Shown here: in pieces, positions 51,932-62,827 of the stretch
How positions within the stretch are numbered: the stretch's first letter is position 1
How the letters are laid out: the number at the start of each line of letters is the position of its first letter
Notes under the pieces: generated by a model
Told to the model about the DNA's origin: nothing
Seen by the model: the letters and a program-made list of their open reading frames with translations, nothing else
Databases searched by the model: none
Translations under genes and position numbers: made by a program
Origin: Opitutales bacterium
GTDB taxonomy: Bacteria; Verrucomicrobiota; Verrucomicrobiia; Opitutales; PNEW01
Reading direction: 5' to 3'
NCBI GenBank assembly: GCA_965197745.1
Contig: CBDANS010000006.1
Location: 192,001 to 256,000, forward strand
DNA: 64,000 nucleotides

Positions 51932-53040
51932 TGCGCGCAAAGGGACCCGCTAAGATAACGTTGTTCCTGCCATCTTTAATCGGGGGGGGCGCAGAGAAAA
52001 TTATGGTGAATTTAGCCCGTGGATTTTCAGAGAGAGGCCATAAGGTTGATCTTGCACTGGTTAATGCCGTAGGGCCATTTATAAAAGATATTCCGGATAC
52101 CGTGCGGCTTGTCGATTGCGGGGCAAAACGAATTATAAGCAGTTTACCCAAGTTGGTAAATTATCTGCGCCAGGTAAAACCCGACGTTATGTTGTCCACC
52201 CTGGAACCCACTAATATTATAGCCGTTTGGGCCAGATTCCTATCGCGTGAATCCTTTAAACTGTATTTAAGGATGGAGAACACGTATTCCATCGAATTAA
52301 AGAACATAACCCAGCTTAAAGGGCGTATCATATGGAAGCTGGCGCCCGTTTTTTATCCCTGTGCTGACGGATTGATTACCCTTTCACAGGGTGTTGCCGA
52401 TGATTTTAAAAATTATGTTTCCCTGGCAGATGACCGCATAGCAGTCATTAACAGCCCTGTTGATATAGAAGATATCAAAAGTAAGGCATTACTCCCGATC
52501 GAACATCCATGGTTCAAGGAAGGTGAACTTCCGGTAATCCTGGGAATTGGCCGATTGGCAAAGCAGAAGGATTTTCCCACACTTATCCGGGCATTTGAAT
52601 TGCTTAGAAAAACAAAGCCAGCCCGTCTCGTCATTTTGGGAGAGGGTGAAGAGCGCTCAGTATTAGAAAACCTGGTTCACGAAAGCGGGTTGAATAATGA
52701 TGTCGATATGCCGGGCTTTGTCGATAATCCCTATGCTTATTTATCCAGAGCTTCCGTATTTGTCCTTTCATCAGCCTGGGAGGGCCTGAGTGTCGTAACC
52801 ATAGAGTCTCTAGCTGTCGGGACTCCCATCGTATCTACTGATTGTCCCCACGGTCCAAGTGAAGTTCTCGACTCCGGTCGATACGGAAAGCTCGTCCCCG
52901 TGGGTGACTCACCTTCTATGGCCGAGGCCATATTAAAAACGATGTCTGATAGGCCGGAAAAGTCCTATCTCCAGTATCAGTCCCAAAAATATTCTTTTGA
53001 TATAAAGGTAAACGAGTATCTTAAAATATTACTTCAATAA
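51931..53040 (+). CDS. Glycosyltransferase family 4
   Basis: PSLIGGGAEK, GRLAKQKDF, FVLSSAWEG..ESLAVGTPIVSTDCPHGPSE. Confidence 0.92.
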   Translation: MRAKGPAKITLFLPSLIGGGAEKIMVNLARGFSERGHKVDLALVNAVGPFIKDIPDTVRLVDCGAKRIISSLPKLVNYLRQVKPDVMLSTLEPTNIIAVWARFLSRESFKLYLRMENTYSIELKNITQLKGRIIWKLAPVFYPCADGLITLSQGVADDFKNYVSLADDRIAVINSPVDIEDIKSKALLPIEHPWFKEGELPVILGIGRLAKQKDFPTLIRAFELLRKTKPARLVILGEGEERSVLENLVHESGLNNDVDMPGFVDNPYAYLSRASVFVLSSAWEGLSVVTIESLAVGTPIVSTDCPHGPSEVLDSGRYGKLVPVGDSPSMAEAILKTMSDRPEKSYLQYQSQKYSFDIKVNEYLKILLQ

Positions 53041-53201
53041 TAATATTCATCGAGGATCCAATCCGGCTAATAACAAATTGAAGCGTACTTCCAAATTCTA
53101 GTAATATTATATAGGGTATGAGGAAGATTACATTTTTACGGGTGAATCATGGAAGGCACTCAAATAGTATCCTTCTGGCTACCATTAACTAATCATCAAT
53201 T

Positions 53202-54707
53202 ATGCAGCTGACGATAAGGCAGCAACAGATCATATTACTGGTATTGTGTTCCATTTTGGCCGTTTACTTTTCCGCAAAAATCGGTCAGGGGAGCTGGATA
53301 CTGCCTATACTCATCTGCATCAGTGGATTTTTTGCCCTCACGGTCAGACTTTTAAGGGTAAACTCTGTGGGCTTGATTCTCAGTTTCCTGATATTTGGCT
53401 ACCTTATAGGCAATCGTGGATTCGCGCAAATTACACCCTTGTGGAGTCTACCGATTTTTCTCGGGGAACTGGCGTTATTATTTACCACCATCTACCTGAT
53501 CATTTACATTTTAAACAACCAGACTCTTCCTTTCAGATTAAATGCACTCGGGATTATTATTTTAGTTTGGGTTCTGGATGGTTCCCTGAGAATGCTCTTT
53601 GACATAAAAGATCATGGCCTGATTGCCATTCGAGATTTTGCCACGGTTTATTATTCACTCTACTTTTTTGTTGCTCAACCCATGGCCAATGACTCCCGCT
53701 CTTGGCGGTTCTTTGACCGGGTACTGGGTATTGCCATCTTAATTGCTATCCCATTAATTCAACTCTTCAAACAATATCCAGAATTTTTCGTCTATAATCT
53801 GGTTTTTGATGGGGTACCCATTATTTATTTCAAAGGAGACATTGCTGCCGCAACTTATGCGACAGGTTTTTTTTATTATTACCTAAAATATCTCAAGAGG
53901 CCGTTCATTCCTTACTTTCTTATTGCGACTCTATGCTTCTGGATAACCATATATTCAACGGTAAGAGCGGCATGGGTCGGTTTATTCATTGGTTTTATTA
54001 TACTTTTGTGGGCTCGTTTTTACAAATTAATCATTCATTTATCGGTGATGTCGATATTAGCAACCGTTCCGTTGTTTGTCTATTTAGCTACGATCGAAGA
54101 GGAAATTACAGAAACCAGAATTTATTCCATATATGAACATGCACTGTCACTCATCGACTTCAAGGGAACTGGCACATACCGAAATCCCGGCAGTGAAAAT
54201 ACAGGAGCCAATAATCGCTACCGCCTGATCTGGTGGGAAAATGTTATACGGGAAACCTGGAATAAAGGTCGCATATTCGGATTGGGATTCGGCTATGACC
54301 TGGCTTATAATTTCATGTGGGATTTTTATACCAGCAACGAACCCTCCGATGTTCGAAGCCCCCATAGTATCGTAATGACTGTTTTCGGAAGAATGGGGCT
54401 GTGTGGTTTTATCATATTTGCTTTAATTATGGGAAAAATGTTTGTCGATACTCGCCGCATCATAAGGATGAGTCGCGAGGAAGGTCTGGTATCCGACGCT
54501 CTTCGTTATTGGTGCATGGCATGGGTTATATTTGCCACTTCCTGTTTTGGTGTAGTCCTTGAGGGACCTATGGGAGCAATTATCTTTTGGACCTTACTCG
54601 GCTGTGCCCAGAATATAGAAATAAAACAAGTGTTAAGCAACAGTCTTAGTACTACTGATGATGAAAAGGAAACCCCCGGAATGGAACAACCTGCGCTACA
54701 GCTATGA
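53202..54707 (+). CDS. O-antigen ligase/polymerase-family membrane protein
   Basis: Multi-TM protein with STVRAAW, YRLIWW, FGLGFG, RSPHS..GRMGL motifs. Confidence 0.8.
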   Translation: MQLTIRQQQIILLVLCSILAVYFSAKIGQGSWILPILICISGFFALTVRLLRVNSVGLILSFLIFGYLIGNRGFAQITPLWSLPIFLGELALLFTTIYLIIYILNNQTLPFRLNALGIIILVWVLDGSLRMLFDIKDHGLIAIRDFATVYYSLYFFVAQPMANDSRSWRFFDRVLGIAILIAIPLIQLFKQYPEFFVYNLVFDGVPIIYFKGDIAAATYATGFFYYYLKYLKRPFIPYFLIATLCFWITIYSTVRAAWVGLFIGFIILLWARFYKLIIHLSVMSILATVPLFVYLATIEEEITETRIYSIYEHALSLIDFKGTGTYRNPGSENTGANNRYRLIWWENVIRETWNKGRIFGLGFGYDLAYNFMWDFYTSNEPSDVRSPHSIVMTVFGRMGLCGFIIFALIMGKMFVDTRRIIRMSREEGLVSDALRYWCMAWVIFATSCFGVVLEGPMGAIIFWTLLGCAQNIEIKQVLSNSLSTTDDEKETPGMEQPALQL

Positions 54708-54732
54708 TGCGTGACTGCTGATTATTAACCTT

Positions 54733-55968
54733 GTGTTTAAAAATACAATATATCACAGCTACAATCGTATCCTGAATCAAACCGAGCGGTACCGTATCGA
54801 TTTGATCCAACCGATTTGTATTCTTATTTTATGTATTACCGGGGTATTTTTTATCTATTCAGCGCAACTCTATTCGGGAGGGTCTCTATGGATAAAACAA
54901 ATAGTCTGGATCATCCTCGGAGCAGGTTTTTACACCCTTGTCTCTTTAATCAATTACCAGTTTTTTTTAGAGAAAGGCCATTGGATTTATTACTTCAGTA
55001 TTCTCTTATTGCTCTTGCTTGAGACCCCTTTGGGTGAAGAGCGTAATAATTCGACACGATGGATTGATTTTGGATATTTTTTATTTCAACCCTCCGAAGC
55101 GGCAAAGATCGGCACTCTCATAATGGTTTCGAGCATCCTGGCACGTTCCGAGGTCGGTTCCATCAAAGAGTCGATTGAAGTTATTGTTAAAGTAACAATT
55201 GCAATTTTAATCCCAATAATATTGATTTTTAGGCAACCTGATCTAGGATCAGCCCTGATCTTTCCCCCCATGATTTTTTCCCTCTTATATATCTCTAAAT
55301 TGACCGAACGATTTTTTGCCGTCGTTTTTGCCGTCTTTTTATTGTTCATTGGCATTCTCTCATGGGATATAAAAAGTTATTATTCCTATCTACAGGAAAA
55401 TAATATTAATATTACTGTTGATAAGACTAATTATCAGGCTCAGACGTGGTTCCCGTTGAAGGATTACCAGCGCAACCGAATTCTGGCTTATTTAGCCCCG
55501 GAAGCGGTTGATCCTCGTGGGATAGGAGTCAGCTGGAACCAGAGGCAATCTCATATAACTGTTGGGTCAGGGGGGGCTCTAGGCAAAGGCTGGACTGAGG
55601 GAACACAGGCAAAGCTTGGTTACCTCCCACAATCGGTAGCCTATACTGATTTTATTTTCTCTGTTCTCGCTGAAGAGAAAGGGTTTCTTGGAAGCATCTT
55701 CGTGATTGGCCTGTACGCTGTCTTGGTCTGTAATGGGATCCGCATTGCCGGTATCGCACAAGACCGATTTGGTATGCTCCTTGTCGTCGGAGTCAGCGTC
55801 ATATTTATGGTGCACATATTTATAAATGTTGGTATGACCGTTGGTATCATGCCGATCACTGGTTTACCGCTTCCTTTTTTAAGTTACGGCGGGTCTTTTA
55901 TTTTAAGTTGTTGCATAATGCAGGGACTGGTTCAAAGCGTTTTCAGATTTAGAAGGGAAATCTCCTAA
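54733..55968 (+). CDS. rodA: SEDS peptidoglycan glycosyltransferase RodA
   Basis: FQPSEAAK, QPDLGS, QSHITVGSGG..GKG, TDFIFSVLAEEKG, GLPLPFLSYGGS. Confidence 0.9.
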   Translation: MFKNTIYHSYNRILNQTERYRIDLIQPICILILCITGVFFIYSAQLYSGGSLWIKQIVWIILGAGFYTLVSLINYQFFLEKGHWIYYFSILLLLLLETPLGEERNNSTRWIDFGYFLFQPSEAAKIGTLIMVSSILARSEVGSIKESIEVIVKVTIAILIPIILIFRQPDLGSALIFPPMIFSLLYISKLTERFFAVVFAVFLLFIGILSWDIKSYYSYLQENNINITVDKTNYQAQTWFPLKDYQRNRILAYLAPEAVDPRGIGVSWNQRQSHITVGSGGALGKGWTEGTQAKLGYLPQSVAYTDFIFSVLAEEKGFLGSIFVIGLYAVLVCNGIRIAGIAQDRFGMLLVVGVSVIFMVHIFINVGMTVGIMPITGLPLPFLSYGGSFILSCCIMQGLVQSVFRFRREIS

Positions 55969-56043
55969 TGAACGATTTAACTTATCCAGCCTCTCAGTGT
56001 TGCCGCATCGTGCAGCTCCTAATAAGGACCCCCTCAATCTACG

Positions 56044-57807
56044 ATGGGAATTCGATGCAATATGAAAAATTCAAAAAATGTAAATACGCCTAATAGCTCA
56101 CCAAATTTTGATAAAGAACTTCAAGAACCACCAAAAGAAGAACCGGTTAAAGATGTAAAAGTCGATGAATTGCATGAGGACGCGCGTCAACGAGCGAAAA
56201 CACGACCTCTTTTCCAAAGAGTAGTAACCGCCCTCAAAAAAGATGCTTCTCCATTCCGAGAAGTGATAATAAATTCCGAACCGCTGGAGAAACGTGTAGC
56301 CCTCCTTAACGACGGCGTTCTTGACAAATTTGATATTGAACGGGTAGGTGAAGAGCGCGTAGTAGGAAGTATATTCAAGGGGAAAATACAAAACCTTGAA
56401 CCCGGCTTGAAAGCGGCATTTGTCGATATAGACATGCCCAAGAACGCCTTTCTTCATTACTGGGACATTCTCCCTGCGGCCAATGATTCGTCTGTAGAAA
56501 TTGTAAGGGACAATAAATCAGCCGCCCAGCGAAACGACCGGGATAAAATCAGCCTTAAAGACATCCCCAAGCTCTACCCTATTGGCAAGGAAATCGTTGT
56601 CCAAGTGACCAAGGGCCAGATCGGGAGTAAGGGACCGCGGACAACGACAAATATCGCCTTACCCGGGCGCTACCTGGTCTTTATGCCGTTTTCCGGCCAA
56701 TGTGGAATCTCGCGTAAGATTGAAAGCAGACAAGAGAGACAGCGATTAAAGGATATACTTCGAAATCTCACTATCCCTGAGGGTATGGGAGTCATCATCC
56801 GCACGGCAGGCGAGGGAAAGAAACTCCGCTATTTTGTCCGTGATTTGCATATTCTATTGCAGACGTGGGATGAAATCCAGACTAACATGGACAATGCCGG
56901 AGGTCCCGCATGTATATACAGGGAGCCGGATATAATTGAACGCACAGCACGCGATTTTCTTACTGAAGACATTGATCGCGTTCTCTTCGACGACGAAGAC
57001 GACTACAAAGTCATGCTCGACACCGTAGATAAAATATCGCCGCGTTCAAAATCGAAAATAAATCACTTCCAGGAGAACATTCCGATATTTGAGCGTTTTA
57101 ATATTGAACGCCAGATTGAGCAGACCTTTCAGCATAGAGTACCCCTGCCATCGGGGGGTGAGATTGTAATCGAAGAGACCGAGGCGCTGGTTGCCATTGA
57201 TGTCAATACAGGAGGGCACAAGCATAAAAACGGCGATAGTAAAGATTTCATTGTGCACGCTAATCTTGAAGCGGCAGAGGAAATATCGCGTCAAATCCGA
57301 CTTCGTAATATAGGCGGTCTTATCATCATCGACTTCATAGATATGAAGCAGCGCAAGGACCGAAACGCGGTTTTTAAGAAAATGCGCGATGATATGTCTA
57401 AGGATAAAGCGAAACGTCACATTCTCCCAATTTCCCAATTGGGGATAATGCAGATGACCCGCCAGCGCCATAAAGAAAGTGTTTCATCCGGACTTTATAC
57501 CGGCTGCCCCTATTGTAATGGACGCGGCATGGTAAAATCCCCAAGAACCATGAGTGTTGAAATCCAGCGGCGGTTAGTCAGTGTAATCCGCCGTCTGCGC
57601 CCTCCCGAAAAAACTGATAGTGAAGAAATCACCTTGCGTATACTCTGTCACCCGACCGCGCTTGAAAGGCTTAGCAACGAAGATGAAAAATTGCTCGTCG
57701 AACTAGAAGACCATTATAAGGTTAAGCTCTCTTTTCGTGCCGATCCTTCATACCACGTCGAAAACTTCAAGATTTTCGAGGCAGAAACCGGCGAAGAACT
57801 TCGGTGA
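56044..57807 (+). CDS. Rne/Rng-family ribonuclease
   Basis: S1 domain (AAFVDI), [31 protein letters not shown]. Start may be 56062. Confidence 0.92.
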   Translation: MGIRCNMKNSKNVNTPNSSPNFDKELQEPPKEEPVKDVKVDELHEDARQRAKTRPLFQRVVTALKKDASPFREVIINSEPLEKRVALLNDGVLDKFDIERVGEERVVGSIFKGKIQNLEPGLKAAFVDIDMPKNAFLHYWDILPAANDSSVEIVRDNKSAAQRNDRDKISLKDIPKLYPIGKEIVVQVTKGQIGSKGPRTTTNIALPGRYLVFMPFSGQCGISRKIESRQERQRLKDILRNLTIPEGMGVIIRTAGEGKKLRYFVRDLHILLQTWDEIQTNMDNAGGPACIYREPDIIERTARDFLTEDIDRVLFDDEDDYKVMLDTVDKISPRSKSKINHFQENIPIFERFNIERQIEQTFQHRVPLPSGGEIVIEETEALVAIDVNTGGHKHKNGDSKDFIVHANLEAAEEISRQIRLRNIGGLIIIDFIDMKQRKDRNAVFKKMRDDMSKDKAKRHILPISQLGIMQMTRQRHKESVSSGLYTGCPYCNGRGMVKSPRTMSVEIQRRLVSVIRRLRPPEKTDSEEITLRILCHPTALERLSNEDEKLLVELEDHYKVKLSFRADPSYHVENFKIFEAETGEELR

Positions 57808-57901
57808 TACCATTTGAGGATCAGCAAACTCTATAAATTGGATAGCTCCAATTAAGACAAAGAACACAGAATAGGATAATTAAACTATTCTTCGATCCAC
57901 C

Positions 57902-59071
57902 ATGAATGTTCTTCTCGCTTTTGACAAATTCAAGGATTCATTCAGTGCCTATGAAGCATGTGATATAGTATCACGGGAACTGGTATCATTGCATTCGGAT
58001 TGGAAAATTGAGACCGCTCCACTATCGGATGGAGGTGATGGGTTCTGCAAGATATTAACCGAAGCCCGGCAAGGGGTCTTAACTGAGGAAATAGTAAACG
58101 GACCTCTTTTCGAAAAAACAAAAGCCCTGTTCGGGGTGGTCGATTTAGAACAATTAGAGCCCGAATTGTGCAAATGGCTGTGTGTTCCTACAGAAGGAAA
58201 GATTTCTATAATTGAGATGGCACAAGCCAGCGGATTAAACCTGCTCACCCAGAAAAACCGCGATTTGTGGCACACCTCAACACTAGGCGTTGGAGAACTC
58301 ATCATTAAAGCATTAGACCTTAAATCGAAGGTTATTTTATTAGGGGTAGGTGGAAGTGCCACCAACGACTTAGGGCTTGGCGCGCTTGAAGCTCTTGGCT
58401 TGCGCTTTTTGAATTCTCAAGGGGTTCCCATTGCTCACCTTACACCGGCATCGTGGAATCAGGTGGAAAGCATTACCGGTGTCATACCATCAGAACTACC
58501 CGCGATCCGCATTGCCTGTGATGTAACGAATCCCCTCCTGGGACCTGATGGCGCGGCGGCAATATATGGGCCACAGAAAGGGATGATACCGGAGGACTGG
58601 GAAAGAATAGAAAAACAGTCTGAACAAATGGCAAAAATGCTGTGTCGCTTTTCCGGTACCGATAAAGCGGTTATACGGGATAAGGGCAGTGGAGCCGCTG
58701 GTGGTATTTCCTTCGGTCTACGAGCCGTCACCGGGGCGCGATTAGTGCCGGGTTTTGATTTGGTTCAGCAATGGTTACAATTTGAGGAAAAAGTAGCAAA
58801 GGCTGATATGATCATAACCGGAGAAGGTCGTTTCGACCGCAGTTCATTACAAGGCAAGGGACCGGGCACACTCATTGATATGGCTATGAAGGAAAAAAAA
58901 GAAATAATGGTTTTTGCAGGTCTCCTCTCCGATGATCTCAACCCCCATTTACCACCGTCGATGAACAGAGAAAACCTTATTCAAATTACACCCCAGAACT
59001 GCCCTCTTCCGAAAGCTTTGCTTGAAGGCCGAGAAAACCTGGCGTGCGCGATTCGTGAAAAGGTGACTTAA
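57902..59071 (+). CDS. glxK: Glycerate kinase
   Basis: AFDKFKDS, PLSDGGDG, GVGGSATND, YGPQKG, GAAGG, ITGEGRFD. Confidence 0.9.
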   Translation: MNVLLAFDKFKDSFSAYEACDIVSRELVSLHSDWKIETAPLSDGGDGFCKILTEARQGVLTEEIVNGPLFEKTKALFGVVDLEQLEPELCKWLCVPTEGKISIIEMAQASGLNLLTQKNRDLWHTSTLGVGELIIKALDLKSKVILLGVGGSATNDLGLGALEALGLRFLNSQGVPIAHLTPASWNQVESITGVIPSELPAIRIACDVTNPLLGPDGAAAIYGPQKGMIPEDWERIEKQSEQMAKMLCRFSGTDKAVIRDKGSGAAGGISFGLRAVTGARLVPGFDLVQQWLQFEEKVAKADMIITGEGRFDRSSLQGKGPGTLIDMAMKEKKEIMVFAGLLSDDLNPHLPPSMNRENLIQITPQNCPLPKALLEGRENLACAIREKVT

Positions 59072-59142
59072 ATTCCGCGAATCAGTAACCTTTTCTTTTT
59101 ATTTGATTGCTTCAGCCAATATCCCTCTTTCTCTAGTTAGGG

Positions 59143-60618
59143 ATGAAGGCGATAATGGTAATGTTCGACACTTTAAATCGCCGCCTGCTCCCGTCCTATG
59201 GCTGCGACTGGACTCATACTCCGAATTTTAAACGGCTGGCGGAACATACTGTTACTTTCGACAATGCTTATATAGGAAGTATGCCGTGTATGCCGGCCCG
59301 TAGAGAATTGCATACCGGGCGTTATAATTTTCTTCACCGTTCCTGGGGTCCCCTCGAACCATTTGATGAGTCAATGCCGGCAATTCTGACCGAGAATGGT
59401 GTCTACACCCATATTGCCACCGATCACTATCATTACTGGGAGCCCGGTGGCAGTAATTACATTCAACGCTATCGCTCGTATCAAACCTGTCGTGGACAAG
59501 AAGGAGATGCCTGGAAGCCTTCCGTCGCAGATCCGAAAATCCCACCCGTTGTTGGCGCAAATAGAAACAGCGAAATGTGGCGGCAGGATTGGGTTAACCG
59601 GCAATACATCAATGAAGAGAAAGACTGGCCTCAATACCGCACCATGGACGCCGGGCTCGCCTTCCTTGAAAAAAACTGGAACGAGGACAACTGGTTTCTC
59701 CAGATTGAAACATTCGATCCCCACGAACCCTTTTTCGCCCCTCAAAAATACCGCGATCTTTACAAGCATGAATATAAAGGTAAGCACTTTGACTGGCCTC
59801 CTTATACCGTTGTTGAGGAAACCTCCGAAGAAGTCGAACACCTGCAATTTGAATACACCGCTCTGTTGAGTTTTTGTGATGCCCAACTCGGGCGTGTCCT
59901 CGATTTTATGGATGATCATGAACTGTGGGAAGACACGCTTCTCATTGTTAATACCGATCATGGTTTCCTTCTCGGTGAGCACGGATTCTGGGCTAAAGTC
60001 GCACCGCCGTTTTACAATGAAGTAGCGCACATACCCCTTTTTATCTGGGATCCACGATGTGAAAAAAAAGATGTTCACTGTGATGCCCTCGTTCAAACCA
60101 TCGATCTACCCGCCACCCTCCTGGAATTTTTCGGAATACCGCTCCCCGATAATATGCAGGGGCATCCACTGCGCGACACCCTGGCCCGTAATATTCCCGT
60201 TCGCGAAGATGCCTTGTTCGGCGTTCATGGGGGTCACGTCAACCTGGTGAACGATCGCTATATTTATATGCGCGCTCCACCTACGGATGAAAATAAACCG
60301 TTATTTAATTATACACATATGCCTTCACGTATGCGCAATATGTTTACTATCGAAGAGTTAAAGGAGGCACAAATGGTTGAACCCTTCAGCTTTACGCAAG
60401 GTTGCCCGCTGATGAAAATTCCATCAGAAGGGATGGTCGTAAAGCGTATTATACCCATGGCCGACCTGCTCTTTGACCGAATCGCTGACCCCCTGCAGGA
60501 ACATCCAATTAACGATCCTGTCATAGAAGAAACCTTGCAAAAACGCATGATTGAGTTGATGCGCGAAAACGATTCTCCCCTTGAGCAGTATGAAAGACTG
60601 GGGCTAAAAGTTGATTAA
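59143..60618 (+). CDS. Formylglycine-type sulfatase
   Basis: CMPARRELHTG (CxPxR), FDPHEP, NTDHGFLLGEHG. Confidence 0.92.
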   Translation: MKAIMVMFDTLNRRLLPSYGCDWTHTPNFKRLAEHTVTFDNAYIGSMPCMPARRELHTGRYNFLHRSWGPLEPFDESMPAILTENGVYTHIATDHYHYWEPGGSNYIQRYRSYQTCRGQEGDAWKPSVADPKIPPVVGANRNSEMWRQDWVNRQYINEEKDWPQYRTMDAGLAFLEKNWNEDNWFLQIETFDPHEPFFAPQKYRDLYKHEYKGKHFDWPPYTVVEETSEEVEHLQFEYTALLSFCDAQLGRVLDFMDDHELWEDTLLIVNTDHGFLLGEHGFWAKVAPPFYNEVAHIPLFIWDPRCEKKDVHCDALVQTIDLPATLLEFFGIPLPDNMQGHPLRDTLARNIPVREDALFGVHGGHVNLVNDRYIYMRAPPTDENKPLFNYTHMPSRMRNMFTIEELKEAQMVEPFSFTQGCPLMKIPSEGMVVKRIIPMADLLFDRIADPLQEHPINDPVIEETLQKRMIELMRENDSPLEQYERLGLKVD

Positions 60619-60811
60619 ATTTCAACTTGCTTTTCCTCTGAAGCGTTCGTGCTGAAGCTGCTTTCTGCTGAGACACATTTATCTATTGGCAGATCAACTG
60701 ATTTATAAAATTAAAATTGTACCGAATCTTGTTGCAAGATAAGAGATTATGAGTTTCTTATTAAAGTGTTCACCCACCCCAAACTAAAATACCGCTGAGT
60801 ATACCCGGATC

Positions 60812-61447
60812 ATGACCGCCGAAGAGGCCAAACTCAAAGAGGCTAGATTTTCTCGAATTCGCCGATTGAAACGGCTATTACGCCCATTGCCACGCCGTGC
60901 AACGCTGCATCGCTATCCCATCCTTAATATGTTTACCGAAACCGCCCGCAAGCGCGCCTACCTTTGGTCTTTTCGTACCAGTGAAGTAGTCCCAGCTTTG
61001 TATGCTGGTTGTATATTAACTTTCATGCCTCTGTATGGCATGCAAATTCCACTCGCCCTTATGGCCGCGGTCATATTCCGTGCTAACCTTCCCGTCCTTG
61101 CCGGCCTTCAACTATTATCGAATCCTATTACTATTCCTTTTATCTACTGGATGGCTTTTTTAACCGGTGATTTTCTTTTAAGCGTCTTCGGAAGCACCGG
61201 CCAGTCCATGGAAATCGTCTCCAGCGTGGAGCAAAGCAATTTCCTCTTAAAGAGTATAAGAAATGTAAGTGCCATGGTTAGCGGGGGGATGATAATTGGT
61301 TATTTTGTCGGATTTATCACCAGCATGATATACCGCATTATGGCAAAACGCGCGGCTCAGACTTACAATAAGCTGAAGGTTACCCAGACGGAAAAAGAAA
61401 AACCCACTGCTTCAGTTGAAAAACCGACATCGCCCCAGAGTATCTGA
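60812..61447 (+). CDS. DUF2062-like membrane protein
   Basis: LWSFR, TFMPLYGMQ, FRANLP, LSNPITIPFIY. Confidence 0.75.
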   Translation: MTAEEAKLKEARFSRIRRLKRLLRPLPRRATLHRYPILNMFTETARKRAYLWSFRTSEVVPALYAGCILTFMPLYGMQIPLALMAAVIFRANLPVLAGLQLLSNPITIPFIYWMAFLTGDFLLSVFGSTGQSMEIVSSVEQSNFLLKSIRNVSAMVSGGMIIGYFVGFITSMIYRIMAKRAAQTYNKLKVTQTEKEKPTASVEKPTSPQSI

Positions 61448-61481
61448 GCCTATGTGCCATGCCTCCAGGAGGTGATCGTCA

Positions 61482-62783
61482 TTGCAGAGAGTGAAGTTCC
61501 TCCTGCTAGCTGTATTCATTCTGGGCACTCCCGAATTGCAATTATCCGCGGCCTCAATCGTTACGCAAGCGAACAGTATTAATGCCGTCAGATCCACAAG
61601 AAAAATCAGCCTGGGTATCGATGTATTAATCGGAAGCCAGGTTCATAAGCTGGCCAATAAAAAAGTGGGGTTACTCACCCACCCCGCAGGAGTAAACCGC
61701 GATGGGGTCAGCACTATCGAAATCCTCAGACGTGAGCCAAAAATATACCTGACGGCATTATTCGGTCCCGAACATGGGATATATGGTAATGAAAAGGCTA
61801 ATGTTTTCATTCATAACCGCAATGACCCGCAAACCGGGCTCCCTGTTTACTCACTCTATGGTAAATACCGTAAACCCTCGCCCGAAATGCTGAAGGGGCT
61901 CGATGTGCTTGTCATTGATCTACAGGATCTGGGCGTCCGCTCCTATACTTTTGTCAGTTGCATGCGCCTGGCGATAGAGGCATGTTTTGAAAACGATGTG
62001 GAGGTTGTCGTTCTCGATCGCCCCAACCCCCTTGGCGGTCTGAAAGTTGACGGTCCACTCTTGGAAAAACGCTGGATGAGTTATGTGGGCGCTTATCGTG
62101 TGCCTTATGTTCACGGTCTAACCATCGGAGAACTGGCTACTATGGCAGCGAAACTTCCTGGCTGGCTTGATATCGATGATATTTCATGGAAAAAAGGAAA
62201 ATTAACAGTTATCCCTATGGATGGATGGCAGCGTTCAATGATGTGGGCAGACACCGGTCTGCGATGGATTCCTACCTCCCCGGCGATAAAAGACTTATCA
62301 GCGGCACTCGGCTATTCAATGATAGGCTTAGGGTGTGAATTAAATAATTTTTCCCACGGCTATGGGTCTGATTATCTATTCAGAGTTATCCGTTATCCTG
62401 GAAAAACTCCGGAAGCGATACAAGCTGCCCTGGCATCCAAACGTGTTCGCGGACTCAATTTCCAGGTAATAAGCATTCCCACCGCTAATGGAACCCCGGG
62501 TAAGGGCGTCTATGCCATGGTTTCAGATTGGGAGACATTACGCCCCACGGAAATCAGTTTTCATATGATGCAATTGGCTTGTTCCTGGAGTCGCAATAAC
62601 CCTTTTGCCCGGGCGAGTGATGACAAAGCCCAGCTTTTCAATAAGCATGTCGGCTCGACGGAATGGTGGAATGCAATCACGACCCAGGGCTCACGTGTAA
62701 ACGTAAATTATTTTATTAATAAATGGGAGCGACAGGCTAAAATATTTCAGGACACCAGTCGAAAATACTGGCTCTATAATTGA
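61482..62783 (+). CDS. Exo-beta-N-acetylmuramidase NamZ (DUF1343) family
   Basis: LFGPEHGIYG, VYSLYG, DLQDLGVRSYTF, LDRPNPLGG, HGLTIGELA. Confidence 0.88.
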   Translation: MQRVKFLLLAVFILGTPELQLSAASIVTQANSINAVRSTRKISLGIDVLIGSQVHKLANKKVGLLTHPAGVNRDGVSTIEILRREPKIYLTALFGPEHGIYGNEKANVFIHNRNDPQTGLPVYSLYGKYRKPSPEMLKGLDVLVIDLQDLGVRSYTFVSCMRLAIEACFENDVEVVVLDRPNPLGGLKVDGPLLEKRWMSYVGAYRVPYVHGLTIGELATMAAKLPGWLDIDDISWKKGKLTVIPMDGWQRSMMWADTGLRWIPTSPAIKDLSAALGYSMIGLGCELNNFSHGYGSDYLFRVIRYPGKTPEAIQAALASKRVRGLNFQVISIPTANGTPGKGVYAMVSDWETLRPTEISFHMMQLACSWSRNNPFARASDDKAQLFNKHVGSTEWWNAITTQGSRVNVNYFINKWERQAKIFQDTSRKYWLYN

Positions 62784-62827
62784 TTCAAAAGCCTGGTTAT
62801 ATTTACCCGTATTATTCTCTCGAATGT

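Noticed and set aside
59371..60096. 241-aa antisense ORF and the many other short overlapping ORFs in the track
   Set aside because: They are shadows of well-supported genes on the other strand or frame and show no motifs of their own.
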